Source: Macrostomum lignano (taxonomy: Eukaryota). From it: 64,000 nucleotides of DNA. A program made the position numbers and the translations under genes. The notes beneath the pieces were generated by a model. That model made no database searches. It was not told the DNA's origin and worked only from the letters and a program-made list of their open reading frames with translations. The stretch covers positions 1-64,000 of the forward strand of contig NIVC01002753.1 in assembly GCA_002269645.1 (NCBI GenBank). Direction: 5' to 3'. Positions within the stretch are counted from its first letter, which is position 1. Each line of letters begins with the position of its first letter. Shown here piece by piece: positions 37,610 through 53,084 of the stretch.

Positions 37610-39830
37610 TTCATCCTCTGCTTCATCCTCTGCTTCATCCTCTGCTTTATCCTCTGCTTTATCCTCTGCTTCATCCTCTGCTTTATCCTCTGCTTCATCC
37701 TCTGCTTTATCCTCTGCTTCATCCTCTGCTTTATCCTCTGCTTTATCCTCTGCTTCATCCTCTGCTTTATCCTCTGCTTCATCCTCTGCTTTATCCTCTG
37801 CTTCATCCTCTGCTTTATCCTCTGCTTTATCCTCTGCTTCATCCTCTGCTTTATCCTCTGCTTTATCCTCTGCTTCATCCTCTGCTTCATCCTCTGCTTC
37901 ATCCTCTGCTTCATCCTGTGTGTCTCATCCTCTGCTTTATCCTCTGCTTTATCCTCTGCTTTATCCTCTGCTTCATCCTCTGCTTCATCCTCTGCTTCAT
38001 CCTGTGTGTCTCATCCTCTGCTTCATCCTGTGTGTCTTATCCTCTGCTTCATCCTGTGTGTCTCATCCTCTGCTTCATCCTGTGTGTCTCATCCTCTGCT
38101 TCATCCTGTGTGTCTCATCCTCTGCTTCATCCTGTGTGTCTCATCCTCTGCTTCATCCTGTGTGTCTCATCCTCTGCTTCATCCTGTCTGTCTCATCCTC
38201 TGCTTCATCCTGTGTGTCTCATCCTCTGCTTCATCCTCTGCTTCATAAATCGTGACTTTGACAATCGGCACTGTGTGTCTCATCCTCTGCTTCATCCTGT
38301 CTGTCTCATCCTCTGCTTCATCCTGTCTGTCTCATCCTCTGCTTCATCCTGTCTGTCTCATCCTCTGCTTCATCCTGTGTGTCTCATCCTCTGCTTCATC
38401 CTGTGTGTCTCATCCTCTGCTTCATCCTGTCTGTCTCATCCTCTGCTTCATCCTGTGTGTCTCATCCTCTGCTTCATCCTGTGTGTCTCATCCTCTGCTT
38501 CATCCTGTGTGTCTCATCCTCTGCTTCATCCTGTGTGTCTCATCCTCTGCTTCATCCTGTGTGTCTCATCCTCTGCTTCATACTGTGTGTCTCATCCTCT
38601 GCTTCATCCTGTGTGTCTCATCCTCTGCTTCATCCTGTGTGTCTCATCCTCTGCTTCATCCTGTCGGTTTCATCCTCTACTTCATCCTGTGTGTCTCATC
38701 CTCTGCTTCATCCTGTGTGTCTCATCCTCTGCTTCATCCTGTCTGTCTCATCCTCTGCTTCATCCTCTGCTTCATCCTGTGTGTCTCATCCTCTGCTTCA
38801 TCCTCTGCTTCATCCTGTGTGTCTCATCCTCTGCTTCATCCTCTGCTTCATCCTGTGTGTCTCATCCTCTGCTTCATCCTCTGCTTCATCCTGTGTGTCT
38901 CGTCCTCTGCTTCATCCTGTGTGTCTCATCCTCAGCTTCATCCTCTGCTTCATCCTGTGCGTCTCATCCTCTGCTTCATCCTGTCTGTCTCATCCTCTGC
39001 TTCATCCTCTGCTTCATCCTGTGTGTCTCATCCTCTGCTTCATCCTCTGCTTCATCCTGTCTGTCTCATCCTCTGCTTCATCCTCTGCTTCATCCTGTGT
39101 CTCATCCTCTGCTTCATCCTGTGTGTCTCATCCTCTGCTTCATCCTGTGTGTCTCATCCTCTGCTTCATCCTGTGTGTCTCATCCTCTGCTTCATCCTGT
39201 GTGTCTCATCCTCTGCTTCATCCTGTGTGTCTCATCCTCTGCTTCATCCTGTGTGTCTCATCCTCTGCTTCATCCTGTGTGTCTCATCCTCTGCTTCATC
39301 CTGTGTGTCTCATCCTCTGCTTCATCCTGTGTGTCTCATCCTCAGCTTCATCCTCTGCTTCATCCTGTGTGTCTCAACCTCTGCTTCATCCTGTGTGTCT
39401 CATCCTCTGCTTCATCCTGTGTGTCTCATCCTCTGCTTCATCCTGTCTGTCTCATCCTCTGCTTCATCCTCTGCTTCATCCTGTGTGTCTCATCCTCTGC
39501 TTCATCCTGTGTGTCTCATCCTCTGCTTCATCCTGTGTGTCTCATCCTCTGCTTCATCCTGTGTGTCTCATCCTCTGCTTCATCCTGTGTGTCTCATCCT
39601 CTGCTTCATCCTGTATGTCTCATCCTCTGCTTCATCCTGTGTGTCTCATCCTCTGCTTCATCCTGTGTGTCTCATCCTCTGCTTCATCCTGTGTGTCTCA
39701 TCCTCTGCTTCATCCTGTGTGTCTCATCCTCTGCTTCATCCTGTGTGTCTCATCCTCTGCTTCATCCTGTGTGTCTCATCCTCTGCTTCATCCTGTGTGT
39801 CTCATTCTCTGCTTCATCTTGTGTGTCCCA
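37610..39830. repeat. Composite 12/14-bp repeat (tcatcctctgct and tcatcctgtgtgtc)
   Basis: Direct inspection. Confidence 0.95.
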
Positions 39831-40419
39831 CCCTTTTTCTCATCCTCTGCTACACCCTCTGTCTCACTCTGTCTCATCCTCTGTCTTACCCTCTATCTCA
39901 TTGTTTGTCCTTTCCTTTGCCGCACCGCAGAAACGCTACAACCCTGCACTTTTATATATTGACGGTAAATCTAGGCCAAACAATTATAAGGTATGACTAA
40001 TATTTTCTACAAAAATTCGTACAAATTTACAGTTGATTGAACTCAAAAAATAGTCTATGAGTCCGCATGAAGCCCCCTACCCCGTCGTAGTCACATTTAG
40101 TGATTAAAGCATATTGGATATGTTTTGGCAGCAGGGGGGTAGGGGGGAACCTAAGGGCTAGAATCTAGATTAGGCTAGTGCTGAGGGGAGTACAGCGCAT
40201 GCAGATGACCACCAGCCAAGGGTTGGGGCGCCAGACAGACAGGCCAGGCAGACTGAGGAATGGGGTGTGGGGTGAGCGTGGGAGAGAGTGTTTCTAGGAA
40301 GTGCACGTGGTGGGGAAGTGGGAAATGCGGCGCTCATGGAGACCGAAACAGAGAACTCTCTGGATTGCCCAACTGCCAACTCATCAACAAGCAGTGCTGG
40401 TTGTTTGGCGTTGTAGCTT

Positions 40420-40602
40420 CTCTCCCCTCTCTCTTCTCTCCTCTCTCCTCTCTCCTCTCTCCTCTCTCCTCTCCCCTCTCTCCTCTCATCTCCCGTCTCT
40501 TCTCTCCTCCCCTCCTTTCCCTTTCCCTCTTTCATCTCCTCTCTTCCCTCTCCCCTCTCATTATCCCCTCTCCCCTTTCCTCTCTCATCTCTCATCTCTC
40601 CT
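40420..40602. repeat. CT-rich low-complexity tract
   Basis: Direct inspection. Confidence 0.85.
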
Positions 40603-40961
40603 CAGTAATCAGTTGCCGACCCCTGCGCGGCCATAAATCGTGACTTTGACAATCGGCACTGCATGCAGATCCCTCGATCAAGATCTCCTTGAATAGGATA
40701 GAGAAACAGAGAGAGAGGGGGTTCAGTGAATTGAAATTGGCTCGGGGGGGGGGCAGAGGGGTAAAAGCTTTATTGGGAATGGACGAGACCCAAGCTCATG
40801 CTATTGGCTGGCTTGGTTCCGGGTGGGGCTATAGAAGGGATGACAAACACAAGGGGTTGGTTGGTTGAAGGGAAGTGGGGAAGCACAGTTCAAAGAGCGT
40901 ATTAACCCCCCCCCACCCAACCACACCGAAAAAGCCGTTCCGTCAGTTTCCTAATTTAGTG

Positions 40962-41138
40962 TATAAAACTGACTGACTGGACAAGGGCTTAAGGAAGGGA
41001 GCAACCCGAACGGAAAGGTTTAGCTTAAACGGTGCATCGCGGTTCAAGACTTGCTTCTGTCCTGTAAGGTACGCGTCCTACACGTACGAGGGTACTACAG
41101 CGTTTGATAGTGGAAGACCGGGTCGGATATTAAAACAG
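40962..41138 (+). promoter_or_regulatory. Candidate TATA box and non-coding first exon of plexin (alternatively an exon of a hidden gene)
   Basis: TATAAAA at 40962-40968; strong CAG|GTAAGT donor at 41139; unused TTTCAG acceptor at 43942 upstream of the plexin ATG. Confidence 0.3.
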
Positions 41139-41346
41139 GTAAGTTTCAGTTTGCACTTTTGCAGATGAATAATACTAGTTAGTTAGAACTGATGTCACGT
41201 AGTTGAAAACAGCTGTACCTGTTTATTATAAACAATTAGTAGTCGAATTACCGTGCATGAGTATGTTGTACTTTGTTGAAATGTTTTGGATTGACAAGTG
41301 GGTAAATTAGCAATGAGTCATAGAAGTGCATTGCTCCTAACTCGTG

Positions 41347-42203
<857 letters not shown>

Positions 42204-42746
42204 CCTTAATTAATAATCTCTCTCTCCCCACTGCCCTTTGTCCGGCCTCAATCATTCCCTGTCTCGGTCGCACTACTCTGTTGTCAATTCACCAGACTCG
42301 ATTTAGGAGCAAGCTCACGAGCAAAGCTAAGCATGGATGACGGGTCTATGAAAGGCAAGATTAGTCTTCAGTCTTTACCATCAGAGCACCTGGCCATCCA
42401 TCAGGACGGACACAATAAAGAATGCTAATCTAGCTAGCTCACAAGGCTGTGCCGCACGGGTGCCAGGTTAAAAAAGGCCGTACTAAGAGCTCAGAAGCGC
42501 CGTTTAATCATCAAGTTTACATAAAATCTTTTCCACTATCTACAGAGGTCTTTCTAATTTCTTTTTATAGCTTTTACAGTTTGGCTTGACTCTGAAGCCA
42601 AGGCTTGCAGCGACTGCCCATAGCATTTATTTTCCATCTTCAGCCTTCCGTACACTCGTTACCCCTACCTCACCACCTTGTCTATGCTGTTTATTTTCTT
42701 AATATGACAAGCGAAATATAGATGTGACTATAAGTGATCGACTACA

Positions 42747-43359
<613 letters not shown>

Positions 43360-43695
43360 GATCAACCTCACTCCGGTTTCGTCACAGCCAAACAGGCTAT
43401 TTTTGGTAGCACAGGAATGACGCACAGATTATCTGTGTAACAAGAGCCAGTAAAATATTTCGTTGCAAAATATTTTTCAAGTTATTGTTGCCTCGCATCG
43501 GAGCTGCTATGACTTACTGACTGTGTTTATTAAACAGACATTGACCTCCTCTTTAAGCTGCAGTCGTTAAACTTTCTGCGTAAATTAAAACTATTTATTT
43601 GTCGCTGAAAAGCTGCAAGGCTATAGAGCTTGAAGCAAATTAGTTTTTGTCACGGTATAGTTTTCCACTATAGTCTAGATAGGTTGTGGATTAAA

Positions 43696-43696
<1 letters not shown>

Positions 43697-43728
<32 letters not shown>

Positions 43729-43729
43729 G
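43697..43729. promoter_or_regulatory. (GA)n tract upstream of the plexin ATG; a similar tract lies at 2033-2057 upstream of DGK
   Basis: GA repeats seen directly; GAGA-element function is inference. Confidence 0.25.
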
Positions 43730-44001
43730 CCGGGGTGAAGAGTCGTACAGTCAAGGTTAGGACAGTCTGACACTTCAGCAAAAACCGGTTCAACACCCCA
43801 GTGGCATCATAAAAGCTAGAAGCTTCAGCGATAGAGTGCAACAATTTAAATAGTAATTAGCATTTGCATTAGTCATTGCTAACTAGCTCGTATAAAAATA
43901 CTTCATTCGTAATTTACTTGCCTTGCCGTTTAACTATTTCAGAGATGAATCCAAGGAAACAGTTGTTCAAACTGTCTTCAAATTGTCTTTAGCGCGGCGT
44001 T

Positions 44002-44998
44002 ATGCAGCAAAGTCTTCCGCGTCATCAGCGGCTGCTGCTGCTACTGCTGCTGATAATTCTACAACTTGGTGGTTCTGTAAGCAGCTCAGAAGTTCCAAGC
44101 AGCACTAACAGTTATCAGACCAGCTACAATGGCAACAACTTCAGTCACCTGGAGCTGTACACAGATCCAACCGGTCGAGAATTGGTGCTGGCAGCTCAGA
44201 AGAACGCTTTGATAAGATTGAGTCCTGACCTCAGCCAGTCATCCCGGACTCTACTTGGCCCGTTAAACGATTCAAAGACATGCATGCCGCACCAAATTCA
44301 TCAGGGCATGCCGAACTGCCACCTGGCACCGATGGATAACTACATCCGGGCTGTGGACATTGTCAATGGTTCGATGCTGCATTTCTGCATGAGCTACCTC
44401 AGCGGCAGCTGCGCCAGCGTCCGCCTCACAGCCTTGGACGCTCCTCTGCTGGTGAACACGACCGCCGTCGCTGAAGTTCTCAGCGAGTCTGTCGATGGAT
44501 TGCTCTGTCGGAATCCCGAGTCCGACATCTTCCTGACCGTGTCGGATCGGAGCCTCGGCAGAGGCGGCAGCGTGCCCGATGCTCTGTACCTGACGATGCC
44601 GTTCTGCGCCTCGAGGCCGGACAAGATTGAGCCGACACTGGCGATTGTGGACCCGCAAACTCTGCGGAAATTCGCCGTCTCGGAGGAATTCAATTTTTTC
44701 CAAGCCGAGATCGTGTCGCGAAGGGATTTCATCAGGCCTGGCGGTCTCACGCATCACGCATCATTTCGACGCGTTTCTAAGGACGCTCGAGGACTTAGAA
44801 GGTCTTGCGTGTACTTAGTTCTGACGGCTAGGGCTGGCCCATTGCGCAGGGCGAGGCTACGACTGGCTCGTCTGTGCTCTGCTGATCTCAGCCTGTCCAA
44901 CTATGTGGAAGCTCTGGTAGACTGCGGCGGCTGCGGCACTCTGAAGGGTCGGGACGAAGTGGACTGCGTTGGTCGAGCTGCGGCTGTGGCGCCTGCGG
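44002..44998 (+). CDS. PLXN: Plexin coding exon 1 (signal peptide, N-terminal Sema domain)
   Basis: Leu-rich signal peptide; RLARLCSADLSLSNYVEALVDC resembles the Sema S-R-x-A-R-x-C..SY-x-E-x-x-L-x-C motif; GTGAGT donor at 44999. Confidence 0.8.
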
Positions 44999-45002
44999 GT
45001 GA

Positions 45003-45275
<273 letters not shown>

Positions 45276-45861
45276 TAAATATCCAGATGCATACATATAC
45301 ACAAGCTATAGATAGACTAGAGCATATATAAACACAAAATGAGGGCAGAGTATGTGGCGCACTGATGGCAATTTCCAGACATTTGAAAATGGGCCTGCGC
45401 GATGTAAATTGCCTCTGTCGTGGTCCCTTCTTTCTCTCTCTCATCCCTTTCCCCTGCCTCCTCTCAGGCTCTCGAAAAGCGTCCCCCTCTCTCTCCTGTC
45501 CCTCTGCACTGTCGCATCCTCAATTGATTGCAAATATTCGAAAAAGTCGAGTTATAACCGCTCACGCAGCACTGCACAGGCTCTGGGGGAGAGCTTAGAT
45601 AGATCCCTCCAATTTCACCTCTCGGGGATACCGCAGTCTCCTAAGGGGTGCAGCGGCTGGGAACCTACTACCACCCCTTTGCCCGTCAGTCCTCAAGTGT
45701 TACTTACGGCCTTCGTTCCGTCAGCCAACAAAAGTGCAAGTTATAATCCATCTCTTTACATCATATAGATTGTGAAAGGACAGGAACTTTGGTTGGTGTG
45801 CGCCAATTTGTAGCTTTTCGAGTTAACTTTCACTTCGTGGCTATAATTACATATAATTATG

Positions 45862-46312
45862 GTGCCCCTGGTCCTATAGACCCTGGTGCTATAGACCCTG
45901 GTGCTAAAGCCCCTGGTGCTAAAGCCCTTGGTGCTAAAGCCCCTGGTGCTAAAGCCCCTGGTGCTAAAGCCCTTGGTGCTAAAGACCCTGGTGCTAAAGC
46001 CTTGGTGCTAAAGCCCTTGGTGCTAAAGCCACTGGTGCTAAAGCCCTTGGTGCTAAAGACCCTGGTGCTAAAGCCTTGGTGCTAAAGCCCTTGGTGCTAT
46101 AGACCTTGGTGCTAAAGCCCTTGGTGCTAAAGACCCTGGTGCTAAAGCCTTGGTGCTAAAGCCCCTGGTGCTAAAGCCCTTGGTGCTAAAGCCCCTGGTG
46201 CTATAGACCTTGGTGCTAAAGCCCCTGGTGCTAAAGCCCTTGGTGCTAAAGCCCTTGGTGCTAAAGCCCCTGGTGCTATAGACCTTGGTGCTAAAGCCCC
46301 TGGTGCTTAAGA
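45862..46312. repeat. 15-bp minisatellite (ccctggtgctaaagc), locus 2 of 3
   Basis: Direct inspection. Confidence 0.93.
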
Positions 46313-47527
46313 CCTTTGCTTAACTTCTGTGACACTTGATAGCTTGGAGCTAAGCTGGTTTACCTGCTGCTCATGTGTGTTGGTGCGTCTGCATGTATTT
46401 GCGGCTATAAATCTAGAACAAGCATATTATAAATAGGTACGACTTAAGAATCAAAGAAGATAGGAGCGTAAAGGCAGCTGCATGAGGTACCTCGAGTGGA
46501 ACACAAATAAACGAACAACCATCTGCTCTCCCAAGTGCACTAAAAAGCGCTTTCCCATGCACAGTGCAGTATTGCACAGGTTAACTCTCCATCTCTCTTT
46601 GATCCCTAACATCCCTTTATGGTAATCTATACTTTCTGGGCCAGGCATATAGGCTAAGCTTAAAGGTTTCTATCCCAATTTTGGACTTTTTCCAAATCCC
46701 TCTAATATCTGACTCCCCCCTCACCCTCTCTTTGCTGTGCCACGAGGATTGCATTTCTTTGGAGAGATTTGCTCGTTTTCTCCTCTCTGCCTCTCCAAAC
46801 GTCATGCCCTGCCTGTGTACAAACACTGATAAGAGGGAGAGGGTTGGGGTAGAGAGAGTGAGTGTGTGTGCGAGGAGTTGTGAGGATCATCATTAGTACT
46901 GTAAGTGTGCACCCAACCTACGCTTCGTTTGTACGCCTATATACGCCGCAGTGTACACCATGGGTGCCCGACTGGATGAACGTCCTCTTTTAAAGTTACA
47001 AGACCAGCAACAATGCCCTTTCATTTCGCTTTCCCCCTCCTAGACAGAAAATTATCCTAAAATAGACAACAGCAGGACGAAGGGAAAAAGATCCCCCAGA
47101 TATTGGGGATGTATATGGGTAACGGAATGGGAAACTCTGGTAGCTTGCTTTTACAAGTGTTTTTTGTCTTGGATTTACCAGCGGGTCTCCATACTTAATC
47201 TAGATCACCATCCATGTAGGAAACATGATCCCTATCTAAAATACATGATCCTCATCTTAAACACATGATCCTTCAACACATGATTCTTATCTGAAACATA
47301 TGATCCTACATAAATCACCTCTAGCACAAACTATTCAACTTATTACCATCTAAAACACATTGTCCTATATGACATACCTCTAAGACACATGATCTCCATC
47401 TAAAACACTTGGTGGTACGTGATCTACTTCTAGAACATATGATGCACATCTGAAACACTCGATGCTACGTGATGTACCTCTAGGACACATGATCTGCACA
47501 CCCATTGTTCTGATCCCATTTCTACAG

Positions 47528-48081
47528 GCAGGCACCTGGCCCGGCACCTGAACATCTCATCCACATCAGACACCGAAGTACTGTTCCTGACGTCCAGCCA
47601 CAATAATCGAAGCGGAGTCTGTGCAGTCAGAATGCTCCAAGTCGATCAGCTTCTCGATTTGATCCTGGACGATTGTCGTCAAGGCCGTCCGCAGGCACTC
47701 TATGGCCCGACCTACCTGCGCGATGAGCTGCCCTGCTCGCAGGTGAACGGAGCCTCGGGTTCGGGAGGCGCCTCGTCCAGTGCTCGAGGCATCTGGGCGG
47801 GCATCGTGAGCGCCAATCCTGACAGGGTGATTCGAGCTCCGTTTATGGCCGAAGTTCCCGAGCCTGCGGACGAAGTTACAGCCGTTGCTTCGGTGGCTAC
47901 AAGACGTGGAGATCAGCTGATCTACTCTGGCACCCTGCTGGGCAGTCTGCTTGGATATCGGATTGACAGCTCGATTTCTTCTTTGCCAAAGATGGCCTTC
48001 TTTCAGACTCAAATCGGGCAGAAGCCAATCCTTGCGGTTCGGACTGGAGAGGATCGTCTGCTTGCGTTGACTGAGTCGCAG
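47528..48081 (+). CDS. PLXN: Plexin exon 2 (Sema domain C-terminal half)
   Basis: Phase-1 join; SGVCAVRMLQVDQLL..DCRQG, VTAVASV..IYSGTLLGSLL; GTGAGC donor. Confidence 0.8.
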
Positions 48082-48127
48082 GTGAGCTTGAGGTTGAATT
48101 ATCAATGGTGGATTTAGCAAATAAGGG

Positions 48128-49320
48128 GTAGATAGATGAAAAATAGGATGGTAGATCGATGGACAATAGGATGGTAGATCGATGGACAATAGGATGGTAG
48201 ATCGATGGACAATAGGATGATAGATAGATGGACAATAGGATGGTAGATAGATGGACAATAGGATGGTAGATAGATGGAAAATAGGATGGTAGATAGATGG
48301 ACAATAGGATGGTAGATAGATGGACAATAGGATGGTAGATAGATGGACAATAGGATGATAGATCGATAGACAATAGGATGGTAGATAGATGGACAATAGG
48401 ATAGTAGATAGATAGACAATAGGATGATAGATAGATGGACAATAGGATGGTAGATAGATGGACAATAGGATGATAGATAGATGGACAATAGGATGGTAGA
48501 TAGATGGACAATAGGATGGTAGATAGATGGACAATAGGATGTTACATCGATGGACAATAGGATGGTAGATCGATGGACAATAGGATGATAGATAGATGGA
48601 CAATAGGATGGTAGATAGATGGACAATAGGATGGTAGATAGATGGACAATAGGATGTTACATCGATGGACAATAGGATGGTAGATCGATGGACAATAGGA
48701 TGGTAGATCGATGGACAATATGATGATAGATAGATGGACAATAGGATGTTAGATCGATGGACAATAGGATGATAGATAGATGGACAACAATATGATGGTA
48801 GATAGATGGACAATAGGATGTTACATCGATGGACAATAGGATGGTAGATCGATGGAAAATGGGATGGTATATTGATAGACAATGGGATAATAGATAGATG
48901 GACAATAGGATGGTAGATAGATGGACAATAGGATGGTAGATAGAGGGACAATAGGACGTTACATCGATGGACAATAGGATGGTAGATCGATGGACAATAG
49001 GATGATAGATAGATGAAAAATAGGATGGTAGATCGATGGACAATAGGATAGTAGATCGATGGACAATAGGATGGTAGATCGATGGACAATAGGATGGTAG
49101 ATCGATGGACAATAGGATGTTACATCGATGGACAATAGGATGGTAGATCGATGGACAATAGGATGGTAGATCGATGGACAATAGGATGGTAGATCGATGG
49201 ACAATAGGATGATAGACAGGTGGACAATAGGATGGTAAATAGATGGACAATAGGATGGTAGATAGATAGATGGACAATAAGATGGTAGATAGATGGACAA
49301 TAGAAGGGTAGATAAATGAA
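48128..49320. repeat. 23-bp minisatellite (gatggacaataggatggtagatc)
   Basis: Direct inspection. Confidence 0.95.
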
Positions 49321-49699
49321 AAAATAACATATAAGAAAGTTTAATAGCAGATGGATAAAAAAGAATCTGAGCCATGAAGCAAAATATAAGTCAGTATAAT
49401 TGACTGCCTATGTTTTAAAGCGATTGGTTCTGATCTGGCATTTGGCAATACTATGACCAAAACAATTTGGCGCTGAAAGTCTCAAGCAACTGTAATGAGA
49501 AATTCTCCACAATGGAAATAACCCTTTGCAGGAAAGGTCACGGTAAGGCTAAGCGTTGCAATTTTGAAGCGTGATAGAGGGGGAATGAGTTCCGCTGCCG
49601 CTAGGGAAGTTGTCCAGAGTGTCACTCAAGCGGAGACCGGGATTATAATGGTCACGCGATGAAATACTGCAGAGTTAGTAGAGTAGTTTGAGTGTTAAA

Positions 49700-49725
49700 T
49701 AGATAGATAGATACATAGATAGATG

Positions 49726-49773
<48 letters not shown>

Positions 49774-49774
49774 C

Positions 49775-49806
<32 letters not shown>

Positions 49807-49862
49807 ATTAATTGATTGATTAACTAATTGATTGATTGATTGATTGTTGATTGATTGACTGA
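49700..49862. repeat. (GATA)n followed by (ATTG)n
   Basis: Direct inspection. Confidence 0.88.
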
Positions 49863-50619
49863 CTCGATACACTCAAGCAAGCTCATCTCTGGACAGTCTA
49901 GTAAGAAATTCGTTTGAGAGAAATTGTATACACAATAACTCATCAAACCAGCATATAATGGGTAGTAGTTAGCCTCTGAACTACGCCAATGGGAGAACTT
50001 TCCCTTCAACCCCAGCAGCAAACAACCTCGTCTCCCCATTTAATTTCCCAAGCGACAGTCCAAATTTAGACCCCGACTGGCTTGTTGGTGGTTAACTGGA
50101 GCAGCCTCGGGGGGGGGGAATGAATTAACAGTAAAGCTGGTGGAATGGGCGCCAATCGCGAACTCCATGGCCCAGTGGAATCTCCGCACCCCGCAGGGGG
50201 GGTTCGCGCTAGTCCACATATACTAAGTTGATATACGCTGCGGCTCTATGGTCGCGGAGCAGATAGAATAAGATTCAGTAAATTTAGCTTTTGGCTAAAC
50301 GGATCGCTGAAGAGCTGAGAGGGGTGCGGGGGTAGAAATCTTTGCAATCAGGCTGGCTAGATCTCACTCCCACGCACACAGGCTTTATACAGCTTTATAC
50401 AAAAAATCGAAGCCTGCATATTCGTTGGGATCTTACTATATGTATTGCAATATAGCAAAATACTTGAGATAACGAGTATTATTTTGCTATGTTATTCATA
50501 TTCCATTGGGATCTTCGAGTTATACATAGATATGGGATGTTTATTCCTAATCTTAGGGAAGAGCTGATGGCGTTGGAACACTTGACTCATAACGGTTTTG
50601 ACTCTGTGACTGGCTGTGA

Positions 50620-50990
50620 AGGAGAGAGAGTGAAGGGAGCAGAGAGTGAATGGAGCAGAGAGTGAAGGGAGCAGAGAGTGAAGGGAGCAGAGAGGGAAGG
50701 GAGCAGAGAGTGAAGGGAGCAGAGAGTGAAGGGAGCAGAGAGTGAAGGGAGCAGAGAGTGAAGGGAGCAGAGAGCGAAAGGAGCAGAGAGTGAAGGGAGA
50801 AGAGAGTGAAGGGAGCAGAGAGTGAATGGAGCAGAGAGTGAAGGGAGCAGAGAGTGAATGGAGCAGAGAGTGAAGGGAGCAGAGAGTGAATGGAGCAGAG
50901 AGTGAAGGGAGCAGAGAGTGAAGGGAGCAGAGAGTGAAGGGAGCAGAGAGTGAAGGGAGCAGAGAGTGAAGGGAGCAGAGAGTGAAGTGA
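50620..50990. repeat. 16-bp purine-rich minisatellite (gcagagagtgaaggga)
   Basis: Direct inspection. Confidence 0.93.
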
Positions 50991-51591
50991 GGAGGTATTG
51001 CAAAGTCACTTGACTTTCATTCCTGCGCAGTTTAGCAGTCCAACAAGCCGTTTGATTCACTCACTTATCTCTCTCTCTCTCCAGCTCTGGCTTGCACTGC
51101 GCATTTTTGGCATTGGCCTGTTGTGCAGGGGCCTTCAATGCACAGACAGGGATTGCATAACAGCAGAAAATATGAATTCACCCCCTCCCCTAGTACCATA
51201 TAGAGCTGAAATTGACTTGCGGATAAAGCTTCAGGCCTTGGTGGCAATCTAGCTAGTATATAGAGTATTTCATCTACCCGAGCCTTGTTCTGGTGCTAAA
51301 ATCCAGTCAGTCAGTCAGTCAATCAAGCGCTTCCAAGCGCAGATATTGGCTCTCCTTCCCGTACGCAAAAACGCGTGGCCTTCAGCAGAAAAAAAATGGA
51401 CAGACCCCCTAACCGAGTCGAATGGTTGGGAGATGTTACGTAATGCCTAATGTATAGGACACAGCTGTTTTGCTCGGAATACGATCTCATCTAAACAGTT
51501 ATATAGAGGGAGGATCAAGACCAATTTCATAGATTTCATACTTTTTGTTCGTGCTGCCTGCATTTAGCTACTGATAATTTCCTGACTGACT

Positions 51592-52408
51592 GAAGGGAGA
51601 GAGAGTGAAGGGAGAGCGAAGGGAGAGAGTGAAGGGGGAGAGTAAAGGGAGAGGGAGAGAGCGGAGGGAGAGATTGGAGAGAGAGAGTGAAGGAAGAGAT
51701 TGAAGGGAGAGGGTGAAGGGAGAGTGTGAAGGGAGAGTGTGAAAGGAGAGTGAAGGGAGAGAGTGAAGGGAGAGTGAAGGGAGAGAGTGAAGGGAGAGTG
51801 AAGGGAGAGAGCGAAGGGAGAGAGTGAAAGGAGAGTGAAGGGAGAGAGCGAAGGGAGAGACTGAAGGGAGAGAGTGAAGGGAGAGAGCGAAGGGAGAGAG
51901 TGAAGGGAGAGAGCGAGAGGAGAGAGTGAAGGGAGAGAGTGAAGGGAGAGCGAAGGAAGAGAGCGAAGGGAGAGAGTGAAGGGAGAGAGTGAAGGGAGAG
52001 AGTGAAGGGAGAGAGTGAAGGGAGAGAGAGTGAAGGGAGAGAGAGTGAAGGGAGAGTGAAGGGAGAGAGTGAAGGGAGAGAGCGAAGGGAGAGATTAAAG
52101 GGAGAGTGAAGGGAGAGAGTGAAGGGAGAGAGTGAAGGGAGAGAGTGAAGGGAGAGAGTGAAGGGAGAGAGTGAAGGGAGAGAGTGAAGGGAGAGAGAGT
52201 GAAGGGAGAGAGCGAAGGGAGAGAGTGAAGGTAGAGATTGAAGGGAGAGAGTGAAGGGAGAGGGTGAAGGGAGGGAGTGAAGGGAGAGAGTGAAGGGAGA
52301 GATTGAAGGGAAAGATTGAAGCGAGAGATTGAAGGGAGAGAGTGAAGGGAGAGTGAAGGGAGAGAGTGAAGGGTTGAGAGTGAAGAGAGAGAGTAAAGGG
52401 AGAGAGTG
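51592..52408. repeat. About 13-bp purine-rich minisatellite (gaagggagagagt)
   Basis: Direct inspection. Confidence 0.92.
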
Positions 52409-53084
52409 ATTAATCGATCGTTCTTGATTCTCCAACACCCGGCAGAGATTCTCCCACATAATATATCCCAAACAAATCTGTTCCCGCATCGTCATCAGTA
52501 AAACTTTGCTGGCCCCCAGCCTCCCCCTCTCTCGAATGAGTCATCAAAAGCCGAAGCGGTGTAGTATTCGTACGCCACTTTTATAAGCAGAGAAAAACAC
52601 ACACAGAGATTTCAAACGCACGAACCAAAACATAAGCGGGCCGTTTTTAAGAGGCCTGACTTGTCCTAAACTCCCTAGATTGTAACTTAGCTTTCATGCC
52701 AATGGTGGCCTGGTCACACACTGAGCATCTGCATGCAGTATAAGCTGCAGTGTGAGAACGGTAGCACCAGTTATGCTGAATGGTACCACTTACAGTTATA
52801 TATGCAGTACTTGCTGTACTTGCAATATTTATAGCAGATTAATCAGCTACCAAGTGAACTGATGTTCCTCTTTCCCTCGAAGATGAAATTCCCCTCCCCT
52901 CTGAAATATTGCCCCCCTCCTATCTCAATGATAGATCTCGCTGTGATGCTGATCTCTCAGGGGGACCGCAGTTGCGTATCGAAAAAAACTGCTGCAAAAG
53001 AGGAAAGGTCATTTCGGTATCTGGGATGAAGCGAACCTCAAACCCTGCTGGCGTCTTGAAATAATATTGACAAGCCAATTTTTT

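Noticed and set aside
40610-40665. P-loop-like peptide VKVTIYGRAGVGN and hAT-like end CAGGGGTCGGCAAC on the minus strand
   Set aside because: Stop codon follows immediately with no GKS/T; no partner TIR or TSD found.
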